64,000 bases of DNA from Bacillota bacterium (lineage in GTDB: Bacteria > Bacillota > Dehalobacteriia > UBA4068), in the NCBI GenBank assembly GCA_050949225.1, contig JBMNFI010000002.1, positions 197,942 to 261,941 of the forward strand, given 5' to 3'. Of the stretch, positions 34,213-44,454 are shown piece by piece. Made by a program: the position numbers and the translations under genes. The stretch's first letter is position 1. Each line of letters starts with the position of its first letter. The notes beneath the pieces were generated by a model. It was not told the DNA's origin, made no database searches, and saw nothing but the letters and a program-made list of their open reading frames with translations.

Positions 34213-34740
34213 TTATTCAGTGATTTTCAATAAGGTAAAGCCACTTAATTCATCAGGTATGCGATAGGCTTTTTCGGTGATAATCTCCTGTAAGATCACT
34301 TCTCCTACCAGCCAGGTGTCAATACCCGGGCGCAGGCAGCCGGTGACAGTTTGTCCCAGACGACCGAGGCTGCCGTGGATGTGTAAGATAGGATCACCCT
34401 CCCCATTGCTGGAGATTATGCCAAAGGCTAATGATTCGTGAGCCTCATGAACGGGGATTTTGACCGGTTGGGGTAGATTAGGCCGCGTGCTATGAGGGCC
34501 GACTACCACATGTCCCTTGTAAAGTCCGCCCATGAAATGGACAAAACCATTTTTTATCTGATGTTTGCGGGCAAAGTCTTCTATGCAGGTCGGTAGAGGG
34601 TCACCTTCCTCTAAACGCAGGAGAAAAATTCTGCCATATTGTACTTCAGCAGCTTGCATTTTGACACTTCCTTTTGCTAATTTATGATTATCTGATTTCT
34701 GGCTATAGAATTCTCTAAGATAGTCAATTAATCCTGCCAC
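34213..34740 (-). CDS. PPC (DUF296)-domain protein (start codon uncertain)
   Basis: Core FLLRLEEGDPLPTCIEDFARKHQIKNGFVHFMGGLYKGHVV..GEGDPILHIHGSLG resembles the PD1/PPC fold. Confidence 0.45.
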   Translation of the reverse strand: MAGLIDYLREFYSQKSDNHKLAKGSVKMQAAEVQYGRIFLLRLEEGDPLPTCIEDFARKHQIKNGFVHFMGGLYKGHVVVGPHSTRPNLPQPVKIPVHEAHESLAFGIISSNGEGDPILHIHGSLGRLGQTVTGCLRPGIDTWLVGEVILQEIITEKAYRIPDELSGFTLLKITE

Positions 34741-35086
34741 AAGGGGTATTTATTAAAGAAATATTGAGATAGTGTCTTTAGGGAATCATGAAAAGTGACT
34801 AAAAGTATCTTAACCAAAAAGAAAATTTTCATAAGATATAGTATAAAGAAAGTATTTTTTGTTAAAAAATGCATAGAAAGTGCATGATGATAATCTGATG
34901 CAGACTCAAAGATGTATCTAAAGGCTGGTAAGTTGATGTAAAAGTTATGATGGATGCTGGTTTTATCAAGGGTAAAAATATTGATAAAAAAGTTAGCAAA
35001 TAATAAACCTCTGCCAAGCGGTCTAAAATAAACCCCTCGCAAGGTCTTATCTTGGAGGGGCAAGGTGTTTGCTCCTGTGAAACAGT

Positions 35087-35115
35087 ATAAAAAGAAAGCA
35101 TCAAGGGTCTGATGC
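35087..35115. terminator. hairpin terminator downstream of the SLH-protein gene (functional for the minus strand; T-runs on both sides)
   Basis: GCATCAAGGGTCTGATGC flanked by A- and T-runs. Confidence 0.45.
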
Positions 35116-35139
35116 TCTCTTTTTTAGTATAGGATTATG

Positions 35140-35826
35140 CTATTTTTCAAGGAACCAATCAAGAATAGCTGCCCCTTCAGCTCTGGTTACCATATTATGA
35201 GGCTGCAAGGTTTTATTTGGATAGCCTTGTATCATACCGTGAGCAACCGCCCAACCAAAGGCCCTTGGGGACTCTTGATTGCTGGAAAGCTCATCAGCAT
35301 CGGTAAATAGTTTTCTTAATTCATCCAGGGTAACAATATCAGAATTTTCGTCTGAGTACATGCGGTGGAGGATCAACACCATTTGCTCGCGTGTCAGCGT
35401 AACAGCAGGGGCAAAAATCAGCTCATTGGCATTGATTCCCAAGGCCAGCTCCTCCTCATATGCCCACTGTACAGCGTCATAATAATAGGAGTTTTTATTT
35501 GTCACATCACTAAAAAATGGCGGTTCTTTCGTGACCTCCGGAGAACCATTAAGGCGATATAACGCGGTAACAAACATTGCTCTGCTAATAGAATCATTAG
35601 GGGCAAAATAGTTTTTTGCGACTCCAATCATAATTCCTGCGTCTGCCAGGTCATTAATCTCTGCATAAGCCCAATGATCACCGGAAACATCATAAAACCT
35701 GGCAGGAAATTGTTCAGCCTTGCTGGGAGGCGAAACTGCCAGCAGTAATGCCAAAACGATGGCTATTGCAAGGGTCGGTATTAACGACAGCTTTATTTTC
35801 AAATGCATAAAAAGTCCCCCTTTCAA
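35140..35826 (-). CDS. S-layer-homology (SLH) domain protein with signal peptide
   Basis: Signal peptide, then SLH-like repeats (FYDVSGDHWAYAEINDLADAGIMIG..., FSDVTNKNSYYYDAVQWAYEE..., MVTRAEGAAILDWFL). Confidence 0.7.
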   Translation of the reverse strand: MKGGLFMHLKIKLSLIPTLAIAIVLALLLAVSPPSKAEQFPARFYDVSGDHWAYAEINDLADAGIMIGVAKNYFAPNDSISRAMFVTALYRLNGSPEVTKEPPFFSDVTNKNSYYYDAVQWAYEEELALGINANELIFAPAVTLTREQMVLILHRMYSDENSDIVTLDELRKLFTDADELSSNQESPRAFGWAVAHGMIQGYPNKTLQPHNMVTRAEGAAILDWFLEK

Positions 35827-35837
35827 ATACAGAGCAG

Positions 35838-36644
35838 CTATTCTATGATAGTTGCATATTTATCAAGATTCTTGATGATCTCCTCATAGCCTGCTTGTGA
35901 TAAAAAGCCATTTTTAAGATTTTCTTTTAGATTGCTAAGATACTCTTTTTTGTGCTGACTGGGGTCAACAGGACTTTCTTGATTTATTTTCTCAATCTGT
36001 TGCACATAGGAAGCATAATTGAGTTTCGTATCATTTTCTGTAGTGTTATCTCTTTGATCATCTGTAGTTGCTATGTTAAGCTCTGTAAGCACTCTTACAT
36101 ATGAATCAGCATCATTAGCTGCTTTTTGATAGGCCCCGGTACCGCAGTTTTGTACGGAATAATAATCACCTTCGGTGTTATAGTCGCCGCCTAGATCGTA
36201 TTGGGTTAAAATCAGTAAATATTCCTCGCCCACTTCTAAGGTCAATAAATCACTTGAGGAAGTTGCAGTAACATTTATTTCATCAAAAACATAATTACCT
36301 GTTATACGGACAGTAAGAGGATTATTATTTGCTGTGCCGCGTAAAGTTTCTACTGGTTCTACATAATAATCAGTAGCTTCCACTATGGGCAAATCCCCTA
36401 CAGGATCAATTTTGAAGTCTTTTTTATCAACAACCCTACCCACTATAACAAGCTCTGATTTGGCGGTCATTTCTTCTAAAGACATATAAGGAATCAGCCC
36501 TGATGTCTCGGCAACAATACCAGGTTCATTTGCAGACGTTTTATGAGCAGCAGTTTCATTATTTGCACAGGCAGAGACCATAAAGGCCAATATTGCAATA
36601 GTAGCTAAAAGTACAACGCGCTGTATTTTTATTGATTTCTTCAT
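35838..36644 (-). CDS. lipoprotein of unknown function (co-transcribed with the SLH protein)
   Basis: Signal peptide with lipobox MVSACAN. 268 aa. 11-nt gap to the downstream gene. Confidence 0.55.
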   Translation of the reverse strand: MKKSIKIQRVVLLATIAILAFMVSACANNETAAHKTSANEPGIVAETSGLIPYMSLEEMTAKSELVIVGRVVDKKDFKIDPVGDLPIVEATDYYVEPVETLRGTANNNPLTVRITGNYVFDEINVTATSSSDLLTLEVGEEYLLILTQYDLGGDYNTEGDYYSVQNCGTGAYQKAANDADSYVRVLTELNIATTDDQRDNTTENDTKLNYASYVQQIEKINQESPVDPSQHKKEYLSNLKENLKNGFLSQAGYEEIIKNLDKYATIIE

Positions 36645-36827
36645 TTAAAATCGTCCTCCTTCTTACAGAAATAAAACTTATGCTCAACAAAAATGTCTGA
36701 AGTAAATCAGAAATAAATCATATTTACACCACCACCAATCCTTAGATAATTGGTATATATTTTTAACATAACATAGTGTATACAATAATGCAAGGATTAT
36801 AAAACCAGCAAGAGGCTGATAAATAGG

Positions 36828-36862
36828 CGAGAAAAATCAGAGGGGCTAAATGCCCCTCTGAT
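36828..36862 (-). terminator. rho-independent terminator downstream of the tRNA cluster
   Basis: ATCAGAGGGGC-TAAA-TGCCCCTCTGAT hairpin followed, on the minus strand, by a TTTTTCTC run. Confidence 0.45.
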
Positions 36863-37028
36863 TGTTGTCTGTTCACATTAGCCTATCCCAAAAAGTATCA
36901 CATTTTATCCCATTATCCCACATTGTTTAACCAAAATTAGTCAAATTTGAGCAAGCAAGGTCTCTTTTCAGCACTTAAAAATACCTTACTATGTATGCGT
37001 TTCCGCAGTTACAGTAAGGTATTTTACT

Positions 37029-37105
37029 TGGCACGCTGGAAGGGATTCGAACCCCCGACCTCTTGATTCGTAGTCAAACGCTCTATCCAGCTGAGCTACC
37101 AGCGC
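37029..37105 (-). tRNA. tRNA-Arg (anticodon ACG)
   Basis: Reverse complement folds as a cloverleaf: GCGCTGG acceptor, D-loop AGCTGGATAGAGC, anticodon loop CTACGAA, T-loop GGTTCGAATCC, CCA encoded. Confidence 0.9.
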
Positions 37106-37122
37106 ATATAAACCTGGACACT

Positions 37123-37217
37123 TGGCGGAGAGCGAGGGATTCGAACCCTCGATACAGGTTTTTGCCCATATACTCGCTTAGCAGGCGAGCGCCTTCGACC
37201 GACTCGGCCAGCTCTCC
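37123..37217 (-). tRNA. tRNA-Ser (anticodon GCT)
   Basis: Reverse complement GGAGAGCTGGCCGAGTCGG..., anticodon loop CTGCTAA, long variable arm, T-loop GGTTCGAATCC, CCA encoded. Confidence 0.85.
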
Positions 37218-37232
37218 ATAAATTTATTTTTT

Positions 37233-37322
37233 TGGCGGAGAAGGTGGGATTCGAACCCACGGAACCCTCTCAGGCTCAACGGTTTTCAAGACCGCCTCCT
37301 TCAACCGCTCGGACACCTCTCC
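37233..37322 (-). tRNA. tRNA-Ser (anticodon TGA)
   Basis: Reverse complement GGAGAGGTGTCCGAGCGGTTGAAGGAG..., anticodon loop CTTGAAA, long variable arm, CCA encoded. Confidence 0.85.
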
Positions 37323-37628
37323 ATGTTATTAGTATATTTTAAGACCTGTCAAATACTATATCAAAAGAAATATCGGCTGTCAAGAATAAAATTAGTGGTT
37401 TTATCTCATCACTTCTTCTGCAAACAGTATGCTCTAATGGTAAATTTTTATACAAAATTTTTTATTTAAAAGGCTCTTACAACTGGTTTTTTGTACTTCA
37501 AAATTTAGAGAAATTGACCGCTTAATATATTAAGTAGTTGTTTTTTGATGAAAAGGACTGGAATAGCTAATAATAGTGTATTATAATTACATATAGTGGT
37601 TTAGAGATATGTAATCAGGAGGTATGTA

Positions 37629-38906
37629 ATGTTAGATATTAAATTTGTCAGGGCTAATCGCCAGCTTGTGGAAGAAGCTTTGCAAAAAAGAGGGGATAAA
37701 ATTTCTTTGTCCAATTTTTTGGGCATGGAAGAGCAGCGTAGGCAGCTACTGGCACAAGTAGAGGAGATGAAAGCTCGCCGCAATTCAGAGTCAAAAAAAA
37801 TTGGACAGATGAAGCAGTCCGGAGCCAGCGATGAGGATGTTGCTGCGCTGAAAAAAAGGACACGCCTTTTGGGTGACCAAATTGGCGTTATCGATGATCA
37901 ACTGCGGGAGATGGATGTCAAACTGCAGGAGTCTTTGCTTAATATCCCCAATATTCCGCATGAAAGCGTACCCGTAGGGGTTGACGAGAGCTCTAATCGA
38001 TTAATACGCAAATGGGGTGAACAACCTCAAGCTGATTTTAAGCCTAAACCTCATTGGGAGATTGGAGAAAATTTAGATATTCTTGACTTTGAACGCGGAG
38101 CAAAAATTTCCGGGGCGCGTTTTACGGTTTATAAAGGGTTAGGTGCCCGGTTGGAAAGATCCGTGACTAATTTCTTTTTAGATATGCATACTTTACAGCA
38201 TGGATATACAGAAATGTTTACCCCTTTTATGGTTAATAGTGCTAGTATGCAGGGGACGGGACAATTGCCTAAATTTAAAGAGGACATGTTTCGAGTTGCG
38301 GAAACGGATTATTATTTAATTCCTACGGCTGAAGTACCCTTAACAAATCTTTACAGCGGAGAAATTTTGGATAGCGATAGCCTGCCGATTTGGCACGTAG
38401 CATATTCAGCTTGTTTTCGGGCAGAGGCGGGTGCCGCAGGTCGTGATACCAGGGGTTTGATCAGGCAGCATCAGTTTAATAAAGTAGAGTTGGTAAAGTT
38501 TGTGAAGCCGGAAAAAAGTTATGAGGAACTGGAAAAATTGACCCTGGATGCCGAAGACGTTTTGCAAAAATTGGCCCTGCCATATCAGGTAGTTTGCCTT
38601 TCTAGCGGTGATATGGGTTTTTCAGCTGCTAAAACTTATGATATTGAGGTTTGGTTACCTAGTTTTTCTTGTTATAGGGAGATTTCCTCATGCTCTAATT
38701 TTGAGGATTTTCAGGCCAGAAGGGCCAACATTCGTTTTCGACAGGATAATAAGTCAAAACCTCAATTTTTACACACATTAAACGGTTCCGGTTTAGCCGT
38801 GGGGCGCACAGTAGCAGCGATTTTAGAAAATTATCAGCAGGTCGATGGATCTGTAAAAATTCCGGAGGCTTTAATTCCTTATATGGGTTGCGAAGTGATC
38901 AAATAG
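37629..38906 (+). CDS. serS: seryl-tRNA synthetase
   Basis: N-terminal coiled-coil arm ([23 protein letters not shown]...), class II motifs ([40 protein letters not shown]). RBS GGAGG. Confidence 0.95.
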   Translation: MLDIKFVRANRQLVEEALQKRGDKISLSNFLGMEEQRRQLLAQVEEMKARRNSESKKIGQMKQSGASDEDVAALKKRTRLLGDQIGVIDDQLREMDVKLQESLLNIPNIPHESVPVGVDESSNRLIRKWGEQPQADFKPKPHWEIGENLDILDFERGAKISGARFTVYKGLGARLERSVTNFFLDMHTLQHGYTEMFTPFMVNSASMQGTGQLPKFKEDMFRVAETDYYLIPTAEVPLTNLYSGEILDSDSLPIWHVAYSACFRAEAGAAGRDTRGLIRQHQFNKVELVKFVKPEKSYEELEKLTLDAEDVLQKLALPYQVVCLSSGDMGFSAAKTYDIEVWLPSFSCYREISSCSNFEDFQARRANIRFRQDNKSKPQFLHTLNGSGLAVGRTVAAILENYQQVDGSVKIPEALIPYMGCEVIK

Positions 38907-38918
38907 TTTATTTTAACA

Positions 38919-38946
38919 AAACCCCGCCAAGAGGTGGGGTTTTTTA
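38919..38946 (+). terminator. rho-independent terminator after serS
   Basis: AAACCCCGCC-AAGA-GGTGGGGTTTTTT. Confidence 0.5.
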
Positions 38947-39132
38947 TGATGGTCGGGACGGATTTTTTAAGCTAAGCTGCCTTTTGTTGGCGGGAAAGTA
39001 TAAAAAGCTTCTGATTTTTGGTGTTATTTAGCGACTTTTTTTACTGAAGACGGCTTATTAGATGATATTAATAGCAGGTAAAAAGGCCTTTGGAGTCGAA
39101 TTATGTGATAGATAATAAGGGGAGGATTTTTC

Positions 39133-40401
39133 ATGGATTTATTGTTAATCATTTTAATAGGTATTGCAATTGTGCTTGGTTTACTTAATCTTTTTTCGCA
39201 TCGTAATAATAAGCAGTTGACGGATTCTGAAAGTAGACTTAAAGAAGAACTGCATTTTTTACGGCAAGACATTCGGAATACGCAAAATGAAAATTCGGAA
39301 GCTGTTTTAAAGCAAATTATGCAGCTGGGGGCCAATAATGAACAGAGAATGGAAAACTTGCGCTTTAGTGTTGACGGGCGTTTGCAAAATCTTGCGGAAG
39401 TAAATAATCAGCGCATGGAAGAAATTCGTCAAACGGTTGATCATAAATTATCGCAGATGCAGAATAACAATGATCGTAAGTTAGAAGAAATGCGGTTGAC
39501 TGTCGACGAAAAACTTCACCAAAGCTTGGAAAAAAGATTGGGCGAGTCTTTTAAGCTGGTTAGTGATCGTTTAGAATTAGTTCATCGTGGTTTAGGGGAA
39601 ATGCAAAGTTTGGCGGTGGGCGTGGGAGATTTGAAAAAGGTCCTCTCAAACATCAAGACCCGTGGTACCTGGGGAGAGGTGCAACTTGGCAATCTTTTGG
39701 AGCAAATTATGTCACCGGATCAATATGAATATAATGTAGCCGTTAATCCGGCAGCGCCGGCCAGTCGAGTGGAGTATGCCGTAAAATTACCCGGTAAATC
39801 GGAAGGCAATCCGGTATGGCTGCCGATTGATGCTAAGTTTCCTCTGGAGGATTATCAGGCACTTTTGCAGGCACAGGATGAGGGTGATGTGGAGCTGATT
39901 CAAAGCTTAGGTAAAAGTTTGGAAACGCGAGTTAAGGGCTTTGCTCAAGATGTCTGCAAAAAGTATGTTAATCCGCCTCATACGACAGATTTTGCGATTA
40001 TTTTCTTGCCTTTAGAGGGGTTATATTCGGAACTGTTGAGGCGTCCCGGATTGTGTGATTTATTGCAACAGAAGTATCGTATTTTGCTGGCAGGTCCGGT
40101 AACGATTGCGGCACTTTTAAACAGTTTACAGATGGGTTTTCGTACTTTGGCCATTGAAGAGAGGGCTGGTGAAGTGTGGCAGCTTCTGGGGACTGTTAAA
40201 AGTGGTTTTTCTACCTTCGGACAGTTATTAGATAAAACACAGAAAAAACTGCAAGAGGCTGGTAATACCATTGAAAATGCGGCTCGTAGCACCAGAACCA
40301 TTGAAAGAAAATTGCGACAGGTGAGCGAATTACCTCAACAGGAACAGGATCAAGAGCTATTGCAAGAAATTTATGGTGAGGAAGAAAAAAATGAGTCTTA
40401 A
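39133..40401 (+). CDS. rmuC: DNA recombination protein RmuC
   Basis: N-terminal TM, long coiled coil, C-terminal RmuC nuclease-like domain (LAGPVTIAALLNSLQMGFRTLAIEERAGEVW). Confidence 0.85.
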   Translation: MDLLLIILIGIAIVLGLLNLFSHRNNKQLTDSESRLKEELHFLRQDIRNTQNENSEAVLKQIMQLGANNEQRMENLRFSVDGRLQNLAEVNNQRMEEIRQTVDHKLSQMQNNNDRKLEEMRLTVDEKLHQSLEKRLGESFKLVSDRLELVHRGLGEMQSLAVGVGDLKKVLSNIKTRGTWGEVQLGNLLEQIMSPDQYEYNVAVNPAAPASRVEYAVKLPGKSEGNPVWLPIDAKFPLEDYQALLQAQDEGDVELIQSLGKSLETRVKGFAQDVCKKYVNPPHTTDFAIIFLPLEGLYSELLRRPGLCDLLQQKYRILLAGPVTIAALLNSLQMGFRTLAIEERAGEVWQLLGTVKSGFSTFGQLLDKTQKKLQEAGNTIENAARSTRTIERKLRQVSELPQQEQDQELLQEIYGEEEKNES

Positions 40402-41152
40402 AATTATTTCCTGGAATGTAAACGGGCTACGTTCAGCAGAGAAAAAGGGGTTTTGGGGTAAAATAAAAGAGCTGGATCCTGATATTGTTTGCCTGCAAGA
40501 AATCAAGGCTAAACCGGAGCAGCTATCTTTAGCCATGCGAAAACCTGAGGGCTGGTATGCTTATTTTTTTCCTGCTCAAAGACCGGGCTACAGTGGTGTT
40601 GCTGTTTACAGCAAAAAGCAACCGCTTAAAGTACACTACGGTCTGGGGGATGATCGTTTTGATGCAGAGGGACGAGTTTTAGTACTTGTTTTTGCTGAAT
40701 TTGTGCTGGTAAATGCTTATTTCCCTAATGGCGGACGGGATGATGAACGGCTTAAATTCAAGCTGGACTTTTGTGAGGTTATACAGGAATTTCTGCTGGG
40801 TTTTTCTCAACCGGTTTTTCTTGGCGGTGATATTAATACCGCTCATCAGGAACGAGACTTGGCGCGACCCCGTGAAAATGTTAAAAACTCCGGTTTTTTG
40901 CCTGTCGAGCGGGCTTGGCTGGATCGTTTCATTGCTGCCGGATTTGTGGACAGTTTTCGAGTTTTCCATACTGAAGGGGAAAATTACAGTTGGTGGGATA
41001 TGAAGACTAGAGCACGAGAACGCAATGTCGGCTGGCGGATAGACTATTTTTTTGTTTCGGCCGGTTGTGAGAAATATTTACAGGATGCCTTTATTCTTCC
41101 TGAAGTAATGGGTTCCGATCATTGTCCCGTGGGCATAGAGGTAGTTTTTTAG
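40391..41152 (+). CDS. xth: exodeoxyribonuclease III (AP endonuclease, Xth family)
   Basis: Starts MSLKIISWNVNGLRS. Motifs CLQEIK, GDINTAHQERD, WWDMKTRARERNVGWRIDYFF, SDHCPV. The track ORF begins earlier at an alternative start. Confidence 0.9.
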   Translation: MSLKIISWNVNGLRSAEKKGFWGKIKELDPDIVCLQEIKAKPEQLSLAMRKPEGWYAYFFPAQRPGYSGVAVYSKKQPLKVHYGLGDDRFDAEGRVLVLVFAEFVLVNAYFPNGGRDDERLKFKLDFCEVIQEFLLGFSQPVFLGGDINTAHQERDLARPRENVKNSGFLPVERAWLDRFIAAGFVDSFRVFHTEGENYSWWDMKTRARERNVGWRIDYFFVSAGCEKYLQDAFILPEVMGSDHCPVGIEVVF

Positions 41153-42324
41153 GTGTGTTCATTAATCCATGTGCTGCAAGGAGGAAAGAGGGCAGCAAGA
41201 AAGCTTAAGGGCTGCTGATAGCCGGTGATGGTTTGTACCTGTTCAACAAGCTGTTCTACCGATAGATATCCCCAGATTAGAGAGGTTAAAGCGGAAATCT
41301 CCAAGGTTATGTGAGGCAGGGTTCCCGGGGGACATTTATCTATGTTCATTTTTCCATCATGCGTTTTGATTAAGAGAATGAGGTTGTTTTCCGTTATTTG
41401 CTGATCAACAATCTTAATAATGGCAGAGCCTCTGACTTGTTCGGGATAGCTAATAGACTGTAGTGCTGCCACAGGATCAAGGACTCGGCTCATCACAAAA
41501 GGTCTGACAAAGATGCCTTCTTGGGAGGATAATTCCAGATAACTGCAGTCGGAAGCGGGAGCAGCCCAGAAGAAATTTTCAGCCTCATTTTGATGTGTTA
41601 AGATAAAATGGAAGGCCGACTTTTGGGCTTTTCTGTTTATATATCCCATTTCACGCACCTCAAATAATTGGTCTTTGAATTGATAGAGCAAATAACCTGC
41701 CGGATTTTTTGTCTCATCTGTTAAAAGAGCAATCCTGCCGCCTTCACCGACATGCTCTTCCAGGAAGTTTTGCCAGTTTTTATGATTGCGAATGATATAA
41801 CCATTTTGGGAGGCCGTCATTTTACGGTAAACTTGTTCCATAAAAGAAATAGTTTGCTCATTTATATTGGACGCATGCCAATGACCGGAACTTTTTGCTA
41901 TGGGTCGTAGATCGCGTAATTTAATTTTGTATCGGTGTTCTTTATAAGTATAGGTAAAAGAAGTTTTGCGATAAAAATCCGGGGCGACCGGCAGTAAAGC
42001 ACTATAAGCAAAACCCTTATTACGCAAGTGAGTATAGGCATATTGCATTAACTTAGCGGCCACTCCCCGGTTGCGATAAGGAGCAGCACTAATTACTCCT
42101 ACCATATAGCATAGATCCAGCTCTTTTCCTCTTAACATCATTTTGTAGGGGGCCAACTGCAAAGATGCCGCTAAAACCTCATCGTCATAGCAGCAAAGAG
42201 TTAGGTCCGGCTGATAGACAGTATCGAAATACCAGCTATAATAAGGTTCATAACTTTCAAAGGAATAGGACCATAATTCCTTGATTTTTTCAGTATCCGA
42301 CTTTTGTGCGATTCTAAAGTCCAT
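41149..42324 (-). CDS. GNAT-family acetyltransferase with a large C-terminal domain (Eis-like architecture)
   Basis: Start ATG 42324 (MDFRIAQKSD) with RBS AGGAGG 6 nt upstream. GNAT motif VGVISAAPYRNRGVAAKLMQYAYTHLRNKGF. Confidence 0.6.
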   Translation of the reverse strand: MDFRIAQKSDTEKIKELWSYSFESYEPYYSWYFDTVYQPDLTLCCYDDEVLAASLQLAPYKMMLRGKELDLCYMVGVISAAPYRNRGVAAKLMQYAYTHLRNKGFAYSALLPVAPDFYRKTSFTYTYKEHRYKIKLRDLRPIAKSSGHWHASNINEQTISFMEQVYRKMTASQNGYIIRNHKNWQNFLEEHVGEGGRIALLTDETKNPAGYLLYQFKDQLFEVREMGYINRKAQKSAFHFILTHQNEAENFFWAAPASDCSYLELSSQEGIFVRPFVMSRVLDPVAALQSISYPEQVRGSAIIKIVDQQITENNLILLIKTHDGKMNIDKCPPGTLPHITLEISALTSLIWGYLSVEQLVEQVQTITGYQQPLSFLAALFPPCSTWINEHT

Positions 42325-42334
42325 TTTAGACCTC

Positions 42335-43240
42335 CTAATCATTTCTTAAAGAGAGATGATATTTTTTAATCATTTTGCAGGGGTGGTAGCTTTTTTTTGC
42401 TTTACGAAGATTTGCTTGATCCATGTCTTCCATTCTGTTGATATAAGTATAATCTTCACAGTGTTTGACCACAAATTGTTGATTTAAAAAGGGGTAAATC
42501 CCCCTAATATCAGTATTTCCTTTTTCTATATGAACCATAAAAGTATCTTCATTAAGTTCTTCACCGCAGGTTATTGCTTCAATTTTATCATTTATCAAAA
42601 GACAAATACCTATACAGTCCAGCTGCGTAAAGACCTCCAGTCCTTGCATGAGACCAAAGCGCTCCCACACCAGATCATCAGAGAGCAGGTGGTGCTTATA
42701 CCAGCCCGTCAGATATTTTTTGACCTCCGGCAGACTATCTTGATTAAGAGGGATAAATTCATAATTATCGTTATCACGCAGGAAGGCCGAAATATGATTA
42801 CGTTTATTGCGGAATTTCTTGCCATGCAGGACGGCCAGTTCTTGCTGATAATAAACATAATTAAAGCCGCCGGGAAATTCTGTAGCTATAAAACGGTCTG
42901 GCCAGGCCTTTTCGTATAAATCGACCATTTCCTGAGAAACCCCTGTTAGCAAAAAGGGAACACCACGCTTTTTATACCAGTCTATCAAATGTTCAGTGGC
43001 AGCCAGCACAATTTGATCATCAGGGGAAATCGGTACCAAGACAGCATCCCAGCCGAAAAAGTCGCTTTTTACACAAAGAGCGCCGTCAAGCTCTAGATAG
43101 CTATATGGATCCCAGTCTTTCCAGAGAAAAAAAGAAGTAAAGTTATAAGTTGCTAAATCATAGCGACGACCGGCCAAATAGCTGTTAAAAAGAGCTTTAT
43201 CTTCAATTTTCAAAGATTTAAATTGTAACATATGACACAT
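42335..43240 (-). CDS. DUF2156 (lysyl-phosphatidylglycerol synthase C-terminal-like) domain protein
   Basis: Motifs FFLWKDWDPYSYLELDGALCV and LHGKKFRNKRNHISAFLRDNDNYEFIPL match the conserved blocks of the aminoacyl-tRNA-dependent transferase domain of MprF. Start codon uncertain (43240 or 43231). Confidence 0.5.
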   Translation of the reverse strand: MCHMLQFKSLKIEDKALFNSYLAGRRYDLATYNFTSFFLWKDWDPYSYLELDGALCVKSDFFGWDAVLVPISPDDQIVLAATEHLIDWYKKRGVPFLLTGVSQEMVDLYEKAWPDRFIATEFPGGFNYVYYQQELAVLHGKKFRNKRNHISAFLRDNDNYEFIPLNQDSLPEVKKYLTGWYKHHLLSDDLVWERFGLMQGLEVFTQLDCIGICLLINDKIEAITCGEELNEDTFMVHIEKGNTDIRGIYPFLNQQFVVKHCEDYTYINRMEDMDQANLRKAKKSYHPCKMIKKYHLSLRND

Positions 43241-43366
43241 TCTTTCATTAGTAATAGTGATGCTAATTACTAATTATAACACAATTTAATAATATTAATA
43301 AAGTCCTTTTATTAATATTATATAGATGGTATAATTAAAATATTGTTTTATAGAAGGAGATAGTTA

Positions 43367-44182
43367 ATGACAGATCCGGGAATTGCATTTGAAATAGGCA
43401 GCTTGACCGTGCGCTGGTATGGATTGCTAATTTGTGCGGGGATGGCTTTGGCCGGCCTTATTGGTTATTTTGAGGCAAAAAGACAGCATATTAATGTTGA
43501 TGAGGCAATTAACCTTGTCTTAATTGGTTTACCTTCCGTAATTATTGGTGCCCGACTCTACTATGTTTTTATGAGTTGGGACTATTATTCATTGCATCTG
43601 AATGAAATTTTGCATATTTGGGAAGGCGGCTTGGCTATCCACGGGGCGATTATTGCCGCAATTATTCTGGCGATTATTTACTGCAAGGTGCGCAAACAGG
43701 ATTTGTGGCAGTGGGGTGATTTTGCGGTACCGCTAGCAGCCTTAGGGCAGGGGATTGGACGTTGGGGTAATTTTTTCAATCAAGAAGCCTATGGTTATCC
43801 CACTGATTTACCATGGGCTATGTATATTGACGGCGCTTATCGGCATCCTACTTTTTTATATGAATCGATTATCGATATCATCCTGTTTTTTGTCCTGTTT
43901 CGTATCCTGCGACGTCCCCATAAAAAGGGTACGGTTTTATGCCTGTATTTGATTTTCTATTCGGCGGCACGCTTTTTCATAGAGAGTTTACGGACGGACA
44001 GTTTAATGGTTGGCTCTCTTCGTGCGGCCATGCTGGTTTCTCTTATCGCAATTGCTGCCGGAATTATCATTTTGATCATCAGGCGCAAAGAGCCGATTAT
44101 TGATTATGATAAGCTGCCTGAGGGTGTCATGACTATTGATGCGCCACCAAAAAAGGCTAAAAAAGTTAAAAAAAATAAATAA
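43367..44182 (+). CDS. lgt: prolipoprotein diacylglyceryl transferase
   Basis: Seven-TM profile with Lgt signature blocks (GIAFEIGSLTVRWYGLLICAGMALA, HPTFLYESI, C-terminal basic tail). RBS GGAGA. Confidence 0.9.
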   Translation: MTDPGIAFEIGSLTVRWYGLLICAGMALAGLIGYFEAKRQHINVDEAINLVLIGLPSVIIGARLYYVFMSWDYYSLHLNEILHIWEGGLAIHGAIIAAIILAIIYCKVRKQDLWQWGDFAVPLAALGQGIGRWGNFFNQEAYGYPTDLPWAMYIDGAYRHPTFLYESIIDIILFFVLFRILRRPHKKGTVLCLYLIFYSAARFFIESLRTDSLMVGSLRAAMLVSLIAIAAGIIILIIRRKEPIIDYDKLPEGVMTIDAPPKKAKKVKKNK

Positions 44183-44454
44183 TATTTTTCTAATGACTGC
44201 AGCCTGTGCGGCTGCTTGGCGAGGATAGATGCCTGGATAGCGGAATCCTTGGGAATAACTAAGAGGCGGATGAGATGGCTGCTGCAAAAAAAACTGTTGA
44301 GTATGCCTGTTTCAGGGAATATTCTGCTACTGTTCATCTCATCTCAGTTCATGTGAGACCCTGATGGAAGAGGTAAAGGTGGCTCGGAGTTACCGTATCA
44401 AGTATTTAAAATAAGAAATCAAGATAATCTAACAGGAGTGAGGAGTGAGAAGAA

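Noticed and set aside
34728-35104. ORFs 34728..35063(-) and 34862..35104(-) between the PPC gene and the SLH gene
   Set aside because: Extremely AT-rich, low-complexity translations (FFINIFTL..., IIIMHFLCIF) with no RBS. More likely a promoter/UTR region.
37323-37628. Possible T-box riboswitch upstream of serS (and likewise upstream of glnS 46661..46905)
   Set aside because: No AGGGTGGNACCGCG T-box core or specifier-loop architecture found by eye. The leaders are AT-rich with a short 5' UTR.
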